DNA of 38,272 nucleotides from Dimorphilus gyrociliatus. Taxonomy: Eukaryota; Animalia; Annelida. Shown piece after piece: positions 1-11,554 of this stretch (the first letter of the stretch is position 1; every line of letters starts with the position of its first letter). A model generated the notes under the pieces. It had not been told where the DNA came from. It made no database searches and saw only the letters and a list, made by a program, of their open reading frames with translations. Where the stretch lies: contig CAJFCJ010000121.1 in the NCBI GenBank assembly GCA_904063045.1, positions 1 through 38,272 on the forward strand. Reading direction: 5' to 3'. Both the position numbers and the translations under genes were made by a program.

Positions 1-1084
1 GTAATGGTGATCTGTGGCTGCATCACTCAATAACAGTCCAACAACATCCTACCAAGGTGCCCATGTTACAAGTGCAAACATTACCTTAACATTTAAACAC
101 CGTTATACTTTTGTTCTAACCAACTACCAGCAGGCATTTGATCTAGCAGATGAGCCAACTTGTAATATGAATCACAAGAAACCAAGACAATTACAGCTGA
201 TATCTATGAATTGACTTGGAAGAAATTGAAACAAGAGCAGTAAATGTCAAGTGTATCTAAGAACTAATTTTTACACTTACTATTTCTTTGGAGCAAAGAA
301 GAGGAGGATTGTTAACTCAGTTTCAAAGTAACTCATGATCAATGCAGACAGATGATAAAAGACAAACGATCTTTTCAAGGAAAACCTTTAATGGTGAAAA
401 GAAACACTTGGATCCACCAAGATCAGTTTCCTGCTGCTACACATGGCCAACAACGACCAAGGTGCTGGAATACACCACAATTATCCAGTTTGGCAAAGCA
501 TATTGGCAACCTCCTAATATGAAAATTACAACTAATCTGGACTACCTGGAAGATTGTTTACCAGGGCAGTCCTATTGTGAAACAGAAGAGGCAATTATTG
601 TCTTTAGGAACCTCAAGAATAATTAACACTTGGGCAACAATCACCATGGATAAAAATTAGCAACAGAATTAGTTGTATCAAATTTGCTGGTCACTATTCT
701 TGTCCAGGGTATTCTATTCTGGACATCCTTATCAAGATAAGTTTATTGATGGAATTGGTGGTCCTGGAACAAAAGTACTAGTACCATGGAGGAACAGAGT
801 TTAATACAGGAAACAAGCAAGGAACACCTATACAATTTGCTACAATATCAGAAGATTGGCAAAAATGAAGAAAAACGACTATTAAACTATCCAATAAAGT
901 TAAAGAACAAATTATACTATACAAGCGAAACAACCCTTACCAAGTCTTAACCAATGGTACAGAGAAACAAACACAAAGTATAAACTAATGAGAAATAAAG
1001 GCACACTCAAGGAAGTTGTGATATATCATCTACAAAACCCATTAGTCATCTTACTGGGAGCTGGATAACTATTATATCCAAGAA
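1..1084 (+). pseudogene. Frameshifted N-terminal part of a viral-type glycoprotein (env) of an LTR retroelement
   Basis: Cys/Trp-rich fragments lie in alternating frames (YTYYFFGAKK..HDQCRQMIKDKRSFQGKPL; CCYTWPTTT..EDCLPGQSYCETEEAIIVF) directly upstream of the 1085 ORF, with several frameshifts and stops. Confidence 0.6.
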
Positions 1085-2368
1085 ATGCTGCAAGCAGTCA
1101 ATTGGACAAGGGCAACAAGACAATCTGTCACGATTTCAAAATATGTATACAGTGAGAAAAGAATCAAAAAGAAGGTATTACCAACATTGGGCATATGGTA
1201 TAAAGGACCACCAGCCAGAGAATTTAAGATTACCTATGAAGGAATTTATTTTACTCTACACATGAGAATGGCTAAAAAGCAGATGAAGAAGGAAGCAAAA
1301 CTGAAACATAAGATAAGTAAAAACCCATACCACAAATTCCCATTGGAAATGAGAGAAGCTGCCCAAACATCTACCTTACTACATGGTATTGATTCAAATT
1401 TTAAGAATTTAAAAAAGTTTACCCAACAGCTGTCAAGTCTTCTCTGCAATCAATTTGTTCAAAGAAGCAGAATGATGGCATTACTAGCAAATTTGGATCC
1501 TCAATTGACCACAGTGTTAACAAATGAGTTGGGAATGCACAGTAGTCAGATGGGAGAATTAGCTATAATTAAACAATGTTCACCAATAGCCTCAACAGAA
1601 GTAGTTTGTGACTTAAGCATGATAAAAAAGAATAACAAATGTTCTCAATTTTTACTTGTCACCATGAACAACCTGCTTTTCCAAGTAGAACCAGTTACTC
1701 ATGTTTTACAGCAAGTCAATCCTGAAGAGATTACCTATAATGAGTGTAAGTTTAACAAGTTATTCTACAAAACAACTCACAACCCATTAAATCCTATAAG
1801 AAACCAACCAATGAAAGACAAAACATATGTGTATTATTCAGAAAGAGGATGCAGATTTCACACTGTGTCTGCAAAATCCATGCAGTTACATATCCACAAT
1901 CACCTTTCTGAACCAAAAATTGAAATTGCCAGATTAGCTGATCTACTCCACCATGGGGTAAAGAAGGATATTGCATACCAGCACTCAAAAATTAAGCAAG
2001 TTATCAGTTCACTGGAACAGAAGCAGGCAAGGTATGATAACATGGTCACTGTTGCAGAGAAAAATGGCATTGTACCCAATTTATCTGGAATTAAAAAGTT
2101 TTTCCATAGTTGGTACTATAAACCTGGGAAAACACTTTATGTTATCATACGAAATATTTGTTTGAGTATTGTAGTGTCAATGGTATGTATCATCATTTTC
2201 AACTATATTATTGGAAGAAGAAAACAAAGAGAAGAAATTGCTACCCCAAGTGAGAGCACAGATAACTCTCCTGAAAACCCAAAACTAATGAAACAAAGTT
2301 GTAGCTTTAGTCAACATCAAACTAATGAAGAAGAACAACCACCTGTAATTCTCATTAAATCAAGATGA
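1085..2368 (+). CDS. env-like class III fusion glycoprotein, C-terminal part (herpes gB / chuvirus G-like)
   Basis: LCNQFVQRSRMMALLANLDPQLTTVLTNELGMHSSQMGELAIIKQCSPI..V..SMIKKNNKCSQFLLV matches the spacing of the gB central helix motif (WCELQ..LNP..SARMLGDVMAVSTCVPV..C). It has a C-terminal TM helix (IIRNICLSIVVSMVCIIIFNYII) and a cytoplasmic tail, and is followed by a PPT and LTR. Confidence 0.7.
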   Translation: MLQAVNWTRATRQSVTISKYVYSEKRIKKKVLPTLGIWYKGPPAREFKITYEGIYFTLHMRMAKKQMKKEAKLKHKISKNPYHKFPLEMREAAQTSTLLHGIDSNFKNLKKFTQQLSSLLCNQFVQRSRMMALLANLDPQLTTVLTNELGMHSSQMGELAIIKQCSPIASTEVVCDLSMIKKNNKCSQFLLVTMNNLLFQVEPVTHVLQQVNPEEITYNECKFNKLFYKTTHNPLNPIRNQPMKDKTYVYYSERGCRFHTVSAKSMQLHIHNHLSEPKIEIARLADLLHHGVKKDIAYQHSKIKQVISSLEQKQARYDNMVTVAEKNGIVPNLSGIKKFFHSWYYKPGKTLYVIIRNICLSIVVSMVCIIIFNYIIGRRKQREEIATPSESTDNSPENPKLMKQSCSFSQHQTNEEEQPPVILIKSR

Positions 2369-2384
2369 AGGGACTCATCTTCAC

Positions 2385-2398
2385 AAAGAAGGGGGAAG
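2385..2398 (+). other. Polypurine tract
   Basis: AAAGAAGGGGGAAG lies immediately before the TG start of the LTR. Confidence 0.85.
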
Positions 2399-2399
2399 T

Positions 2400-3034
2400 T
2401 GTACAACTTTGGTTATATTTTACATGCTTGAACTCTATTATTTTATGCAACATATACATGTACATCTTAAAACCTACGCAAGAAAATGCTAAAACATTGG
2501 CCAAACATAAGTCTGATTAGTCAGCTTGAAGGTTCATCTTTAATTACCAATAAAGGTTTGGCCAAGTTATAATTTAATTAACTTGCCTAGGGTGTGGCCA
2601 AGTTATAATTCAATTAACCTTCCTAAATGTTGAACCTTGTAACATCCTGTTACTAAAGATAAATATGAACTACACATTTCGGCAACTGTAAAGTGATGAT
2701 TGGATGTCAGAGACAAACCTCAAAGTATATAAATCCTCATTATTCTCATTTGGCATGCAGCTTCCATCTGGACCCAAGGACCTGGGAAAATCATCTGGAA
2801 ACAACCTCCACTGGAACCATCCATCTACTCCTCAACATTGGAAGACAGTTTGGTAATTTGGCAACCTGCTATTACAAACTATCTACTCTGCTATTGAACT
2901 CTCATATTGTTACTTGCTTAAGTATTATTATTGCGAATAAACCATTTTAATTTAAACATTTGTTTAAAGGTTCGAGTAGAACCAGTATTGTTATAACTTG
3001 CAAACGCATAGATTTTGCCAGCAAGAGCAGTACA
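2400..3034 (+). mobile_element. 3' LTR (635 bp)
   Basis: TGTAC...GTACA termini, preceded by the PPT and near-identical to 22011-22639. Confidence 0.9.
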
Positions 3035-3206
3035 TTGATATAAAAAGGATATTTATTATGTTTTTATTATTTTAACTGTCAAAATGTCTATTTTTTTTCC
3101 TGATCAATATATTTTATGAAACTTTACATATTCTAATTTCAATTTTTACTTGGGAAGTTTTTAGCATATATTTTCAAAAAACAAAAACTAAAATATTTGT
3201 AAACAT

Positions 3207-3548
3207 TTAAGCTTCATCAATTGTAAAAAAGTAATCAACTGGCAACTTGTCTACTTGATTTGCAAGCAAAATTGACTTTAAACCTAAAACTGCATTAATG
3301 TTCAGAATAGTCTTTAGCATGTTATCCTTGATAGTTGTTGAAAATTGCAGTTGTTCTTCTTCCAATTCATCAATTATTACACTTAAGATGTCCCTGATTG
3401 AACTTAGAAAGAAGCAATATTGATGGATAAATTCATCATAAATCTCAGTAATCATGAGCTTGTGAATGTCATAGTATTCTATCAATTCAGGCAATAAATG
3501 ATTTACTTCTTGTATTAAATTAGTGATAGCTGATTGTAAAGAAGGCAT
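3207..3548 (-). CDS. Hypothetical helical protein, divergent from PLE ORF1
   Basis: 113-aa ORF whose ATG directly follows a splice-acceptor-like TTTTTTCAACAG. No recognisable domain. Confidence 0.35.
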   Translation of the reverse strand: MPSLQSAITNLIQEVNHLLPELIEYYDIHKLMITEIYDEFIHQYCFFLSSIRDILSVIIDELEEEQLQFSTTIKDNMLKTILNINAVLGLKSILLANQVDKLPVDYFFTIDEA

Positions 3549-4147
3549 CTGTTGAAAAAATATTGTTAATAAAATTACATCAGCAACTTTAATTATTACT
3601 TAACTGTAATGATGTTATTCACTTCTCTCAGTGATCCTAAGAGTCCAAAATCTCAATTGAATATAAAGTCTATGGAAGAATACATTTTACTTTATATAAA
3701 ATGAATTATTTTTCTTTCTAACTGATAGATATTTTTATAAAATAAAAGTAAAGTTTTCAAGCTTGGTTTAAATTTTTCACTAAATGTTAAAATTGAAAAT
3801 ATTTAACTGATTAAAAAAGTACAAAATATATTGCTTTGTAAACTCTTAAACTAATTTTAACATATTCAAGATTTTCAACAAAAAAGAAATAAAATTCATG
3901 TGGGAAAGTGTATATGGAATAATCTCATTATACCAGATTACATTACATAACATATCAGTGTTATATAATTCCTATAAAACATTTAAATTCAATCTAAAAT
4001 TTTCATTTTGTGTTTGTAAGTTGATTATCTCACATCAATACATTTCACCATTTTAAAGAAGCAATTGAAAATTAAAGGATATCTGTGGTATCTATTTATT
4101 GTTACTCTTATATATAAATTATTGAATATTTTAATATTGCAGTGAAT

Positions 4148-5629
4148 ATGAACATAAACCAGCAAGCTTACTTTTCAAAAGTAAGACCTTGGGTATTCCC
4201 AAATATGTTTGAAAAGAGGAGCATTGACATATCTCCAGAAAGAAATGATGAATTTGTGAAACAATTGACAAACCAACTTAACTTCATTGCAGGATTCATT
4301 TCAAAACAAAAGAAATCATATAATGAAATTGTTGATTTAAAGGCTGGTCTCTTTTTTAAAGATCGAGAAATGTTTACAAAAGAGGCAGAAGAGGAATGCA
4401 AAAAGAAATATGCAACATTTCAACAATCTTTACTTGACATCTATCAACAACAATGTGAAATGTTTCTTGATCTCAACAATTATGATAACCTGTTTATCTT
4501 TAAGAGATATGTCAATGATAGACAATTAAAGAAAGCTTTAAGTACTATAAAGAAGGAATACAGCTCTGAGGAAAATTTCAACAATTTTCAAGAAAAGGTT
4601 ATAGAATTTTTTTCAGAGGCTAATTCTTCTGCTTCTAATTCTCAAGAAGAAAATAAAATAAATAAAAATATTGAAGAAACAGAAACAGAGGAAACTGATA
4701 TACATAAGACTCTTGATAATCTACATTGTCCTGAAATAATTGAAAAGCAAAATGATAAAGAAAATACAACAGAAATAACTAATAATGACCAGTCAAACCA
4801 AGAAGCTACAATAGAAGAGTATGTTGAAATTGAACAAGAAGTTCATAGCAATAATGAGGAAATTGTAACAATTGTACCAATAAAGCATATTTCAAATGTT
4901 AGAAAGGAAGAAATACAAAAAATATTACAAGTAACTGATCATTCAAGAAAGTTTACAAACACTCAAGTTCTAAATAGAAATTATTACAACAGAGATTTGA
5001 AACTTTCTGAAATGTTTTCTAAAATTGGATTCAATTTTAAAACAGAAACTGAAGCAAAAAATCATGCAAAGCTTCTCAAACCAATAAAAGAAATAAATTC
5101 TGACATTATGATTTTGGGAAATAGCTCATTTAGAGATGTCAATATTAAAAATTTATGCTCTTTAAAACTATTAAATGATTTAGAGAACTACAGTTTAACA
5201 GTTGTTAACATCAGTAAATTGTTAGCAATAGATTTGGAAGAAATTGTTGGAAAATGGAACTTGGATTTTAAAATTCTTATTCTTCATGTAAACCTAAATG
5301 GAGTTGAAGTTGATAGTTTTTTAAATTTATTAAATGGAAAATTTACTGATTCCAAAAAAATCATATGCTCAATTCCTTACACAAATAGAGAACATATACC
5401 AAAACCAGAGGAATTTACAAAATTGCAGCAATTTGGTTTGAAAATATTGGATCTGACAAACTTGGAATCTTTGGGATATAAAGAAAATCCTACAGGAAAG
5501 TCAAAAGGGAAGCATTTAACAAAAACTGCACAGGAATTTTGTATCAACTTATGCCTAAAATGCTGTTCTGAAAGCTTAAATGGAAACCAGGTAGAAAATT
5601 TCTCTATTTACAACTTCAATAGCAAATAA
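4148..5629 (+). CDS. ORF1 of a Penelope-like element with a C-terminal SGNH/GDSL-esterase-like domain
   Basis: About 493 aa: helical N-terminus, Glu/Asn-rich linker, then ILGNSS / ILILHVNLN / GKHLT, which resemble SGNH blocks I, III and V. A putative 5'-UTR intron runs from GTAAGT near 4017 to TTGCAG at 4142. The ORF overlaps the RT frame. Confidence 0.55.
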   Translation: MNINQQAYFSKVRPWVFPNMFEKRSIDISPERNDEFVKQLTNQLNFIAGFISKQKKSYNEIVDLKAGLFFKDREMFTKEAEEECKKKYATFQQSLLDIYQQQCEMFLDLNNYDNLFIFKRYVNDRQLKKALSTIKKEYSSEENFNNFQEKVIEFFSEANSSASNSQEENKINKNIEETETEETDIHKTLDNLHCPEIIEKQNDKENTTEITNNDQSNQEATIEEYVEIEQEVHSNNEEIVTIVPIKHISNVRKEEIQKILQVTDHSRKFTNTQVLNRNYYNRDLKLSEMFSKIGFNFKTETEAKNHAKLLKPIKEINSDIMILGNSSFRDVNIKNLCSLKLLNDLENYSLTVVNISKLLAIDLEEIVGKWNLDFKILILHVNLNGVEVDSFLNLLNGKFTDSKKIICSIPYTNREHIPKPEEFTKLQQFGLKILDLTNLESLGYKENPTGKSKGKHLTKTAQEFCINLCLKCCSESLNGNQVENFSIYNFNSK

Positions 5630-6630
5630 GTACATTGTTAATTTAAGTAAATATGAAATTCCCAGAGATGTTGAGGAATTCTTAAATTTAGGTTTAAAGT
5701 TTACTTTTCACCAACAAAGTAAAAGCAATTGGCAAAAAATATCTACATTAAATTTAGAGGAATTTTTTAAAAGGTTGATTTTTGTTGATAAACATATTGA
5801 AGGTGAAAGTGAACCTTTAGTAAAAGATTGGAGACCAAAGAAACAAAAATCAGAATTAACACAATCATTTTCAAACATTTTTTTAGATGACTGTATAAAA
5901 GATTTTAAAATTGATTGTAAAAGGTATTTGAAACAATTTCAATTCAATAACATCAACAACCCTAAAAATAATAAAAACTTTAAACTCAACAATCAGACAC
6001 TAATGGAAAGTTTAAAATCATTTTTCTCATTAGACATTATAATAAAATCTTCTGACAAAGGATCATGCCTTGTTATTCAGAATAGAGAGGACTACTTAAA
6101 AATGTGCCAACATCTAATATCTGATGAAGAACAATATTGCCTTTTAACAAATGGACATGTTTTTACTAAACAAAATATTAAATACTATAAAGATCTACTG
6201 AAAAAGTATAAATATTGTATTGAAAGTAGTCACTTAAATGCACTATTGGACTCATTAAAAGATTGTAAACCAAGAAATTTCTATGCTCTTCCAAAAATTC
6301 ATAAGGAACAACAAACTGATTGGATTGTACCCTTTTCAATTCCAAAAGGCAGACCAGTAATTTCATGTTTAAATAGTGAAACTTATGAAATATCAAGATT
6401 TATTCACCATCTACTCTATCCAATAAGTAAACTTCATCCTTCTTTCATTGAAAATAGTACAGATATTTTACACCATCTTCAAGATTTAATAATACCAAAT
6501 GATGCCCTTCTAATTACAATGGATATAAAAAGTATGTTCTCTATAATTGATACACATTCTGGATTAAATGCTATTGAATATTTCCTTGAGAAATATTCAC
6601 CATTTGGAAAAGACAATCAGATATTCAAAG
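5595..6630 (+). pseudogene. Penelope-like reverse transcriptase, 3'-truncated
   Basis: The frame is open from 5595 with PLE motifs IVNLSKYEIP..FLNLGLKF, IKSSDKGSCLVI, FYALPKIHK, GRPVISCLNSETY and LITMDIKSMF (motif A). It runs into an AT-rich repeat before motifs B and C. Confidence 0.88.
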
Positions 6631-6631
6631 A

Positions 6632-7172
6632 ATTTATAATCAATACTTTTTACAGAACTCAATTCTCTCTTACAGTTCAAAAGTTATGGCACCATAAACT
6701 TTTCACTATTAAATATCATCTATACAGTTCATACAAAACATTTGTCATACAAAAAATAACTCTAATAAGATGTAGAACTTTCAAACTTGGTATAAAAATT
6801 ATAATTGGTACACTGATCACAAATCTTTTTACAGAATTCAATTATCTCTTATAGTTCAAGAGCTATGGTGTTGTAAAGTTTGGTTAATATTTTGGCATAA
6901 AAACTTATATAATAAATATTCATCATGTAAAAACTAACTTTGTTATTAATAAATGTACGAATTTGAAAATCGATATATAGCTCAATTTTGTTATGCTGAT
7001 GTCAAATCTTTTTACAGAATTCAATTATCTTTTGTGGTTCAAGAGTTATGGCACAGTAAAGTTTTGTCAGTATTTTGTCATTCAAGCCTATATAAGAAAT
7101 ATTCGTCATGTAAAAACTAACTTTGTTATTTGTAAATGTAGGAATTTGACATTTGGTATATAGCTCAATTTC
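6632..7172. repeat. ~180-bp AT-rich tandem repeat (core AAATCTTTTTACAGAATTCAATTATCT)
   Basis: The core recurs near 6645, 6826 and 7003, and again near 9960 and 10141 on the other side of the MULE insertion. Confidence 0.75.
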
Positions 7173-9936
7173 GAATTATGGAGAAAACGTCCACTGGAGA
7201 AAACGTCCACTGGAGAAAACGTCCACTGATTGGAGAAAACGTCCACTGGAGAAAACGTCCACTGGTTGGAGAAAACGTCCACTATGTGAAGAATATATTA
7301 AAAAATACTTTTTCAAATTTAAATTTTTATTATTGATTTTGAGATATATCCAATACATTCCCATAATGCAATCACTTTTGGTAGCCATTTTGAAATCCAG
7401 ACAGGAAACAGTTCTGGGATCTTCTATGTTTTTCATGGAAAGTGAATATTGTGCATATTTCATCTACAATTTTTCAGAATTTTTTGCAGTTTGAAATATA
7501 TTTCACTATTGAAAACCATCAGACAAAACACAAACTTTAGAATTGATATCAGTAAGTTATAGAATATTGTGTTGAAATGATTTATTTATAAATTAGCTTT
7601 ATTTTTATAGCAGCCATTTTGTTTATCATTATTGTTAATTGTTTAATTTTTAAATTTATACAGTTGGTTATTGATAGAGATTCCAAATTGAACTTGGCAC
7701 CAATTTGTTACATTTGTGAAGAGAGAATATATGGAAGACAAAATCAAGAGAAATGTCAGCTTTGCTGTCATTTATTTAAAATACATAAAAAATGTTTGGA
7801 TTATAAAGGTTTGTTTAAGTTTTTTGTCACTATCCTTCCTTACAAATATGTTTTTATATTTTTTCACAGATCAATCATTTTATTGTAACATTTGCTGTGA
7901 CATATCAATGAAGAAATGCATTGTTGCACTTCAAAGGCTACCTTCTAGTGCATCTGCTAATGAAGAAATAAGACAAACACCAAATTTTGATACAGCAAAT
8001 AATAGAAATGAGCAAACTATTGTTTGTGAAAATCATTGTGGAAATTCAAGTGGAAATGATACAAATGGCAGTATTATGGAATCACACAATGTTTTAGTTG
8101 AAGATCTTCCAGCTCAGCAAAATAATATGATGGAAGTTTCATTTATAGTTTCTCCAAAATCAGATTGTGAGAAAGAAAGTTATTCATTTAAAATCTTAAA
8201 GGGAATGAGCCAGAAAGGAAAAGATTTGCTACTTTTCTACAATTTCTGCTACAATATTAAAGAAAAAAGAAACAAGACAACATTCTCGATATGCAGTGTT
8301 AGGAACAAAAGAAACAAATGTTCAGCAACAGTTAGTCAGCATGGGAACAGTTTTTATCCTGGAAAGTTATCCCATTCTCATGAAAGAGTACCTGATTTGG
8401 AACAAAAAATAATGATTAGGAATGAACTAAAAAATGCTTGTAATAAAGATATCAGTAGTTCAGGAAAACATTTAGCTGAAGATGTTCTGGTGAAACATTG
8501 TAGTTCTGGTGAAGTTATTCCATCTCTAGATAATTGTACAAGACTGGCAAACTGGACAAGAAAGAAGTTTAGACCAGCTGAACCTCAAAGTATTCACTTC
8601 AACTTGGCTAAAACTTTTATTCCTGATGATTTTTTACAAATGGATATACAAATGGAGAATGATAGAATACTAATATTTTCAACTACAAAGCAAATTGAAT
8701 TATTATCTAAAGGCAAAATATGGTTTATGGATGGCACATTTAAATGTGTGAAAGACCCTTTTTATCAACTTTTTTCTATTCATGGATTTATAAAAAAAAA
8801 TGGAGAAATAAAACAAATTCCAATGGCTTTTGCTTTTATGGGATCTAAGAGAAAGACAGCCTACAAGAAATTATTTAAGGTACAATAATTTTGCATTTTA
8901 AATTGAATAATCTAATTTGTTAAATTAACAGGCAATACAAGATTTAACAAATGGGCATAGCCCCAAAAAAGTTGTTGTAGACTTTGAAAAAGCTATTTGG
9001 AAAGCACTATCATTCACTTATCCTGAAGCAAACATTAAAGGGTGTGTTTTTCACTGGACACAGGCAATATACAGAAAGATTCAAGTAATACTTTAATTTA
9101 GTATTTGAGGTCTAGATAGAACTGACATATTTATTTCCAGGAATTAGGATTATGTAAGATGTACAAGGAGAAAAAAGCTGAATATAGAATCATGAAGAAA
9201 TTAATGGCATTACCATTCCTGCCCTCTGATCTGATAGAACCAACATTTAAGACTATTAAAGAAATAAGTCCTATTGAAATGAAGTCTCTATTGGAGTACA
9301 TTGAGACACAATGGATAAATGGATTTTATAAACCAGAGGTATGGTCTGTTTATGGTGAGGCTATAAGGACAAATAATGATCTTGAAGGATGGCATCACAG
9401 GCTTAACAAGAATCTTTGCTCTAACACTGCATTCTATTTGCTTTTAGATGAACTGAAAAGAGAGGCTGATCTGATAAAGCTATATAAAAAATTACTGAGT
9501 GAAAAGAAAATTTGTAGACAGCAAAGAAAAGCATATCAGAATATTCAGAGCAAAATATTCAGCTTATGGGAACAATTTGAAATTGCCTCAATTACCTCCC
9601 TGGACTTACTTGATAAAGCTTCTGACATTTATTCACCAGTTTAAAATACCTTTATTCTTTAATGTTGTTACACTGTTGTCAATCATTCTTGTTATATTGC
9701 TTCTTTTTGCTTAATCAATATATTAATATTTAAATATTTGTAATTCTTATTATTCATTTTTTCCTGTCAAATTGCTCTAAAAACTCCATCTATCAAATAT
9801 CTTATATCTTACTTTGAAGTTTTATAATGGACGTTTTCTCCAGTGGACGTTTTCTCCAAGCAGTGGACGTTTTCTCCAAACAGTGGACGTTTTCTCCAGT
9901 GGACGTTTTCTCCAGTGGACGTTTTCTCCTGTACCC
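7173..9936 (+). mobile_element. Mutator-like (Phantom-type) DNA transposon, full length
   Basis: 9-bp TSD CTCAATTTC at 7164-7172 and 9937-9945, G...C termini, and inverted arrays of TGGAGAAAACGTCCAC at 7179-7283 and 9826-9929. Confidence 0.92.
7664..9644 (+). CDS. Spliced PHD-FLYWCH-MULE DDE transposase (start exon unresolved)
   Basis: Exons 7664-7808, 7870-8879, 8932-9084 and 9141-9644 join in frame through GT-AG introns. Motifs: C4HC3 PHD, FLYWCH-like, WFMDGTF, VVDFE, GCVFH, RTNNDLEGWH. Confidence 0.85.
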
Positions 9937-11046
9937 CTCAATTTCGTTACGCCGATGTCAAATCTTTTTACAGAATTCAATTATCTTTTGTGGTTCATGA
10001 GTTATGGAGCTGTAAAGTTTGGTCTATATTTTGGCTTATAAGCCAATACAAAATAATCGTCATACAAAAATTAACTTTGTTATTAATTAAGATAGAGTTT
10101 GGAAATTTTGTATATAGACTAATTTACACCTGACAATCCTAAATCTTTTTACAGAATTTAATTATCTTTTATCATTTTTGAGATATTTGGCATTAAAGTT
10201 TTGTATAATTTTAAAGCCATAGAAAAACATTTTTTTTAGATTTTAATCTGTTACATCTTTTGAAGAGATATTTGTTTTTTATCACAATTCATATATGTTT
10301 TTTTTTCAATTTAAAAAAAACAAAATGTACATTTATTTTTTAATTTTTTAGCACAACATGTAAGTTCACTTTTTTATTGACACATTGATATTTTCAAGTC
10401 AAACAGGTATATTTGTTTCAAGTAAAACATTGGATAAACAAAAAAATTTTACAACACATATCACAGGACATTTTCTTTGAAGATATTTTTTGAGCATAGT
10501 GGTAAAGAGGGATAATCCTTGTAGATAGCCAAGTCCAAAGGGGTACAGATATTTTTTCAGTCCATCCAGCAGTCTTGCCTTTCAAATTCCAATATAGCTG
10601 CCATTTATGAAAAATAAAATTAAGTTAAATATTTTCCTTCATATTAACTTTTAACAATAATACTTGACCTTTTTTTCAGAGATTTTTTTTGCCAAAAGAT
10701 ACTTAGCATAACCAGTTTATTTATCAACCACAACTCCTCATTTTGAAAAAAAATATAATCTATTTAAAATATTACACAACCTACAATCCTAACAGTTCTT
10801 AATTTCAATTTTTTGCAACATAGAATAGTCTCCTCATACAAGATTAAAATCCCTGTTGCTGTATTCTAAGTTAAATACCTAGAGAAACAGTGCAATTAGA
10901 GCAATCATCTCAAAAAAAGATTAAGACCCCACTTGCAAAAACACTTTAAAATAATTCCTAAACTTACAAATATTTAAAATTATTTAAAAAACCTAGTTAC
11001 TTTAACTCATAAGTTAAAATTAAATTACAAAACCAAAATTTAAATT

Positions 11047-11064
11047 TAACCCTAACCTAACCCT
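11047..11064 (-). repeat. Short interstitial telomere-like repeat
   Basis: TAACCCTAACCTAACCCT contains both the 6-mer and 5-mer units, in C-strand orientation. Confidence 0.55.
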
Positions 11065-11554
11065 ATTCTTTTAATTTTAATTCAAGTTCTAATACCAAAA
11101 ACCTAAAAACCAGAAAAATTTGCAATCAGAGTAGTTACCTCAGAACAAGATTACTACCCAGTTTGCACCCTACAACTCTACAATACAATTTTTGCTATAA
11201 TACCTAAACTTAAAATTAATTTGTTTTAATTAAAAAACCCTTTGATCAACATGGAATAGTTTTCCCATACAGGATCAAAATTCATGTTGTCATACCTAAA
11301 CCTTAAATATATTTTTTAACAATTAAACCTTTTTTAAAATTTATAAATCAGCCTAAATACAAAAGCCTAATATACCAGAAAAACATTGCTAAAAGAGTAG
11401 TCACCCCAAAAAAGGATTAAAACCCAGTTTGCTAACAACCTTATATAGCCTAATTTAAAAGAAATTGAAGAAATTTTTTGAGCATTTTCTATTTTCTTCC
11501 TTCTTACATCTCCTAACTGTAAATATACTTTTAAAAGATAATGATACTTGAAAC

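Noticed and set aside
2693-2950. 85-aa ORF duplicated at 22299-22556
   Set aside because: It lies entirely inside the LTR and has no domain signal.
7179-7283. CRISPR-like arrays (also 9826-9929, 27315-27430, 27708-27830, 28686-28832, 31010-31109)
   Set aside because: The 13-20-bp units are tandem with no unique spacers, occur as inverted pairs at MULE ends, and the host is eukaryotic with no cas genes.
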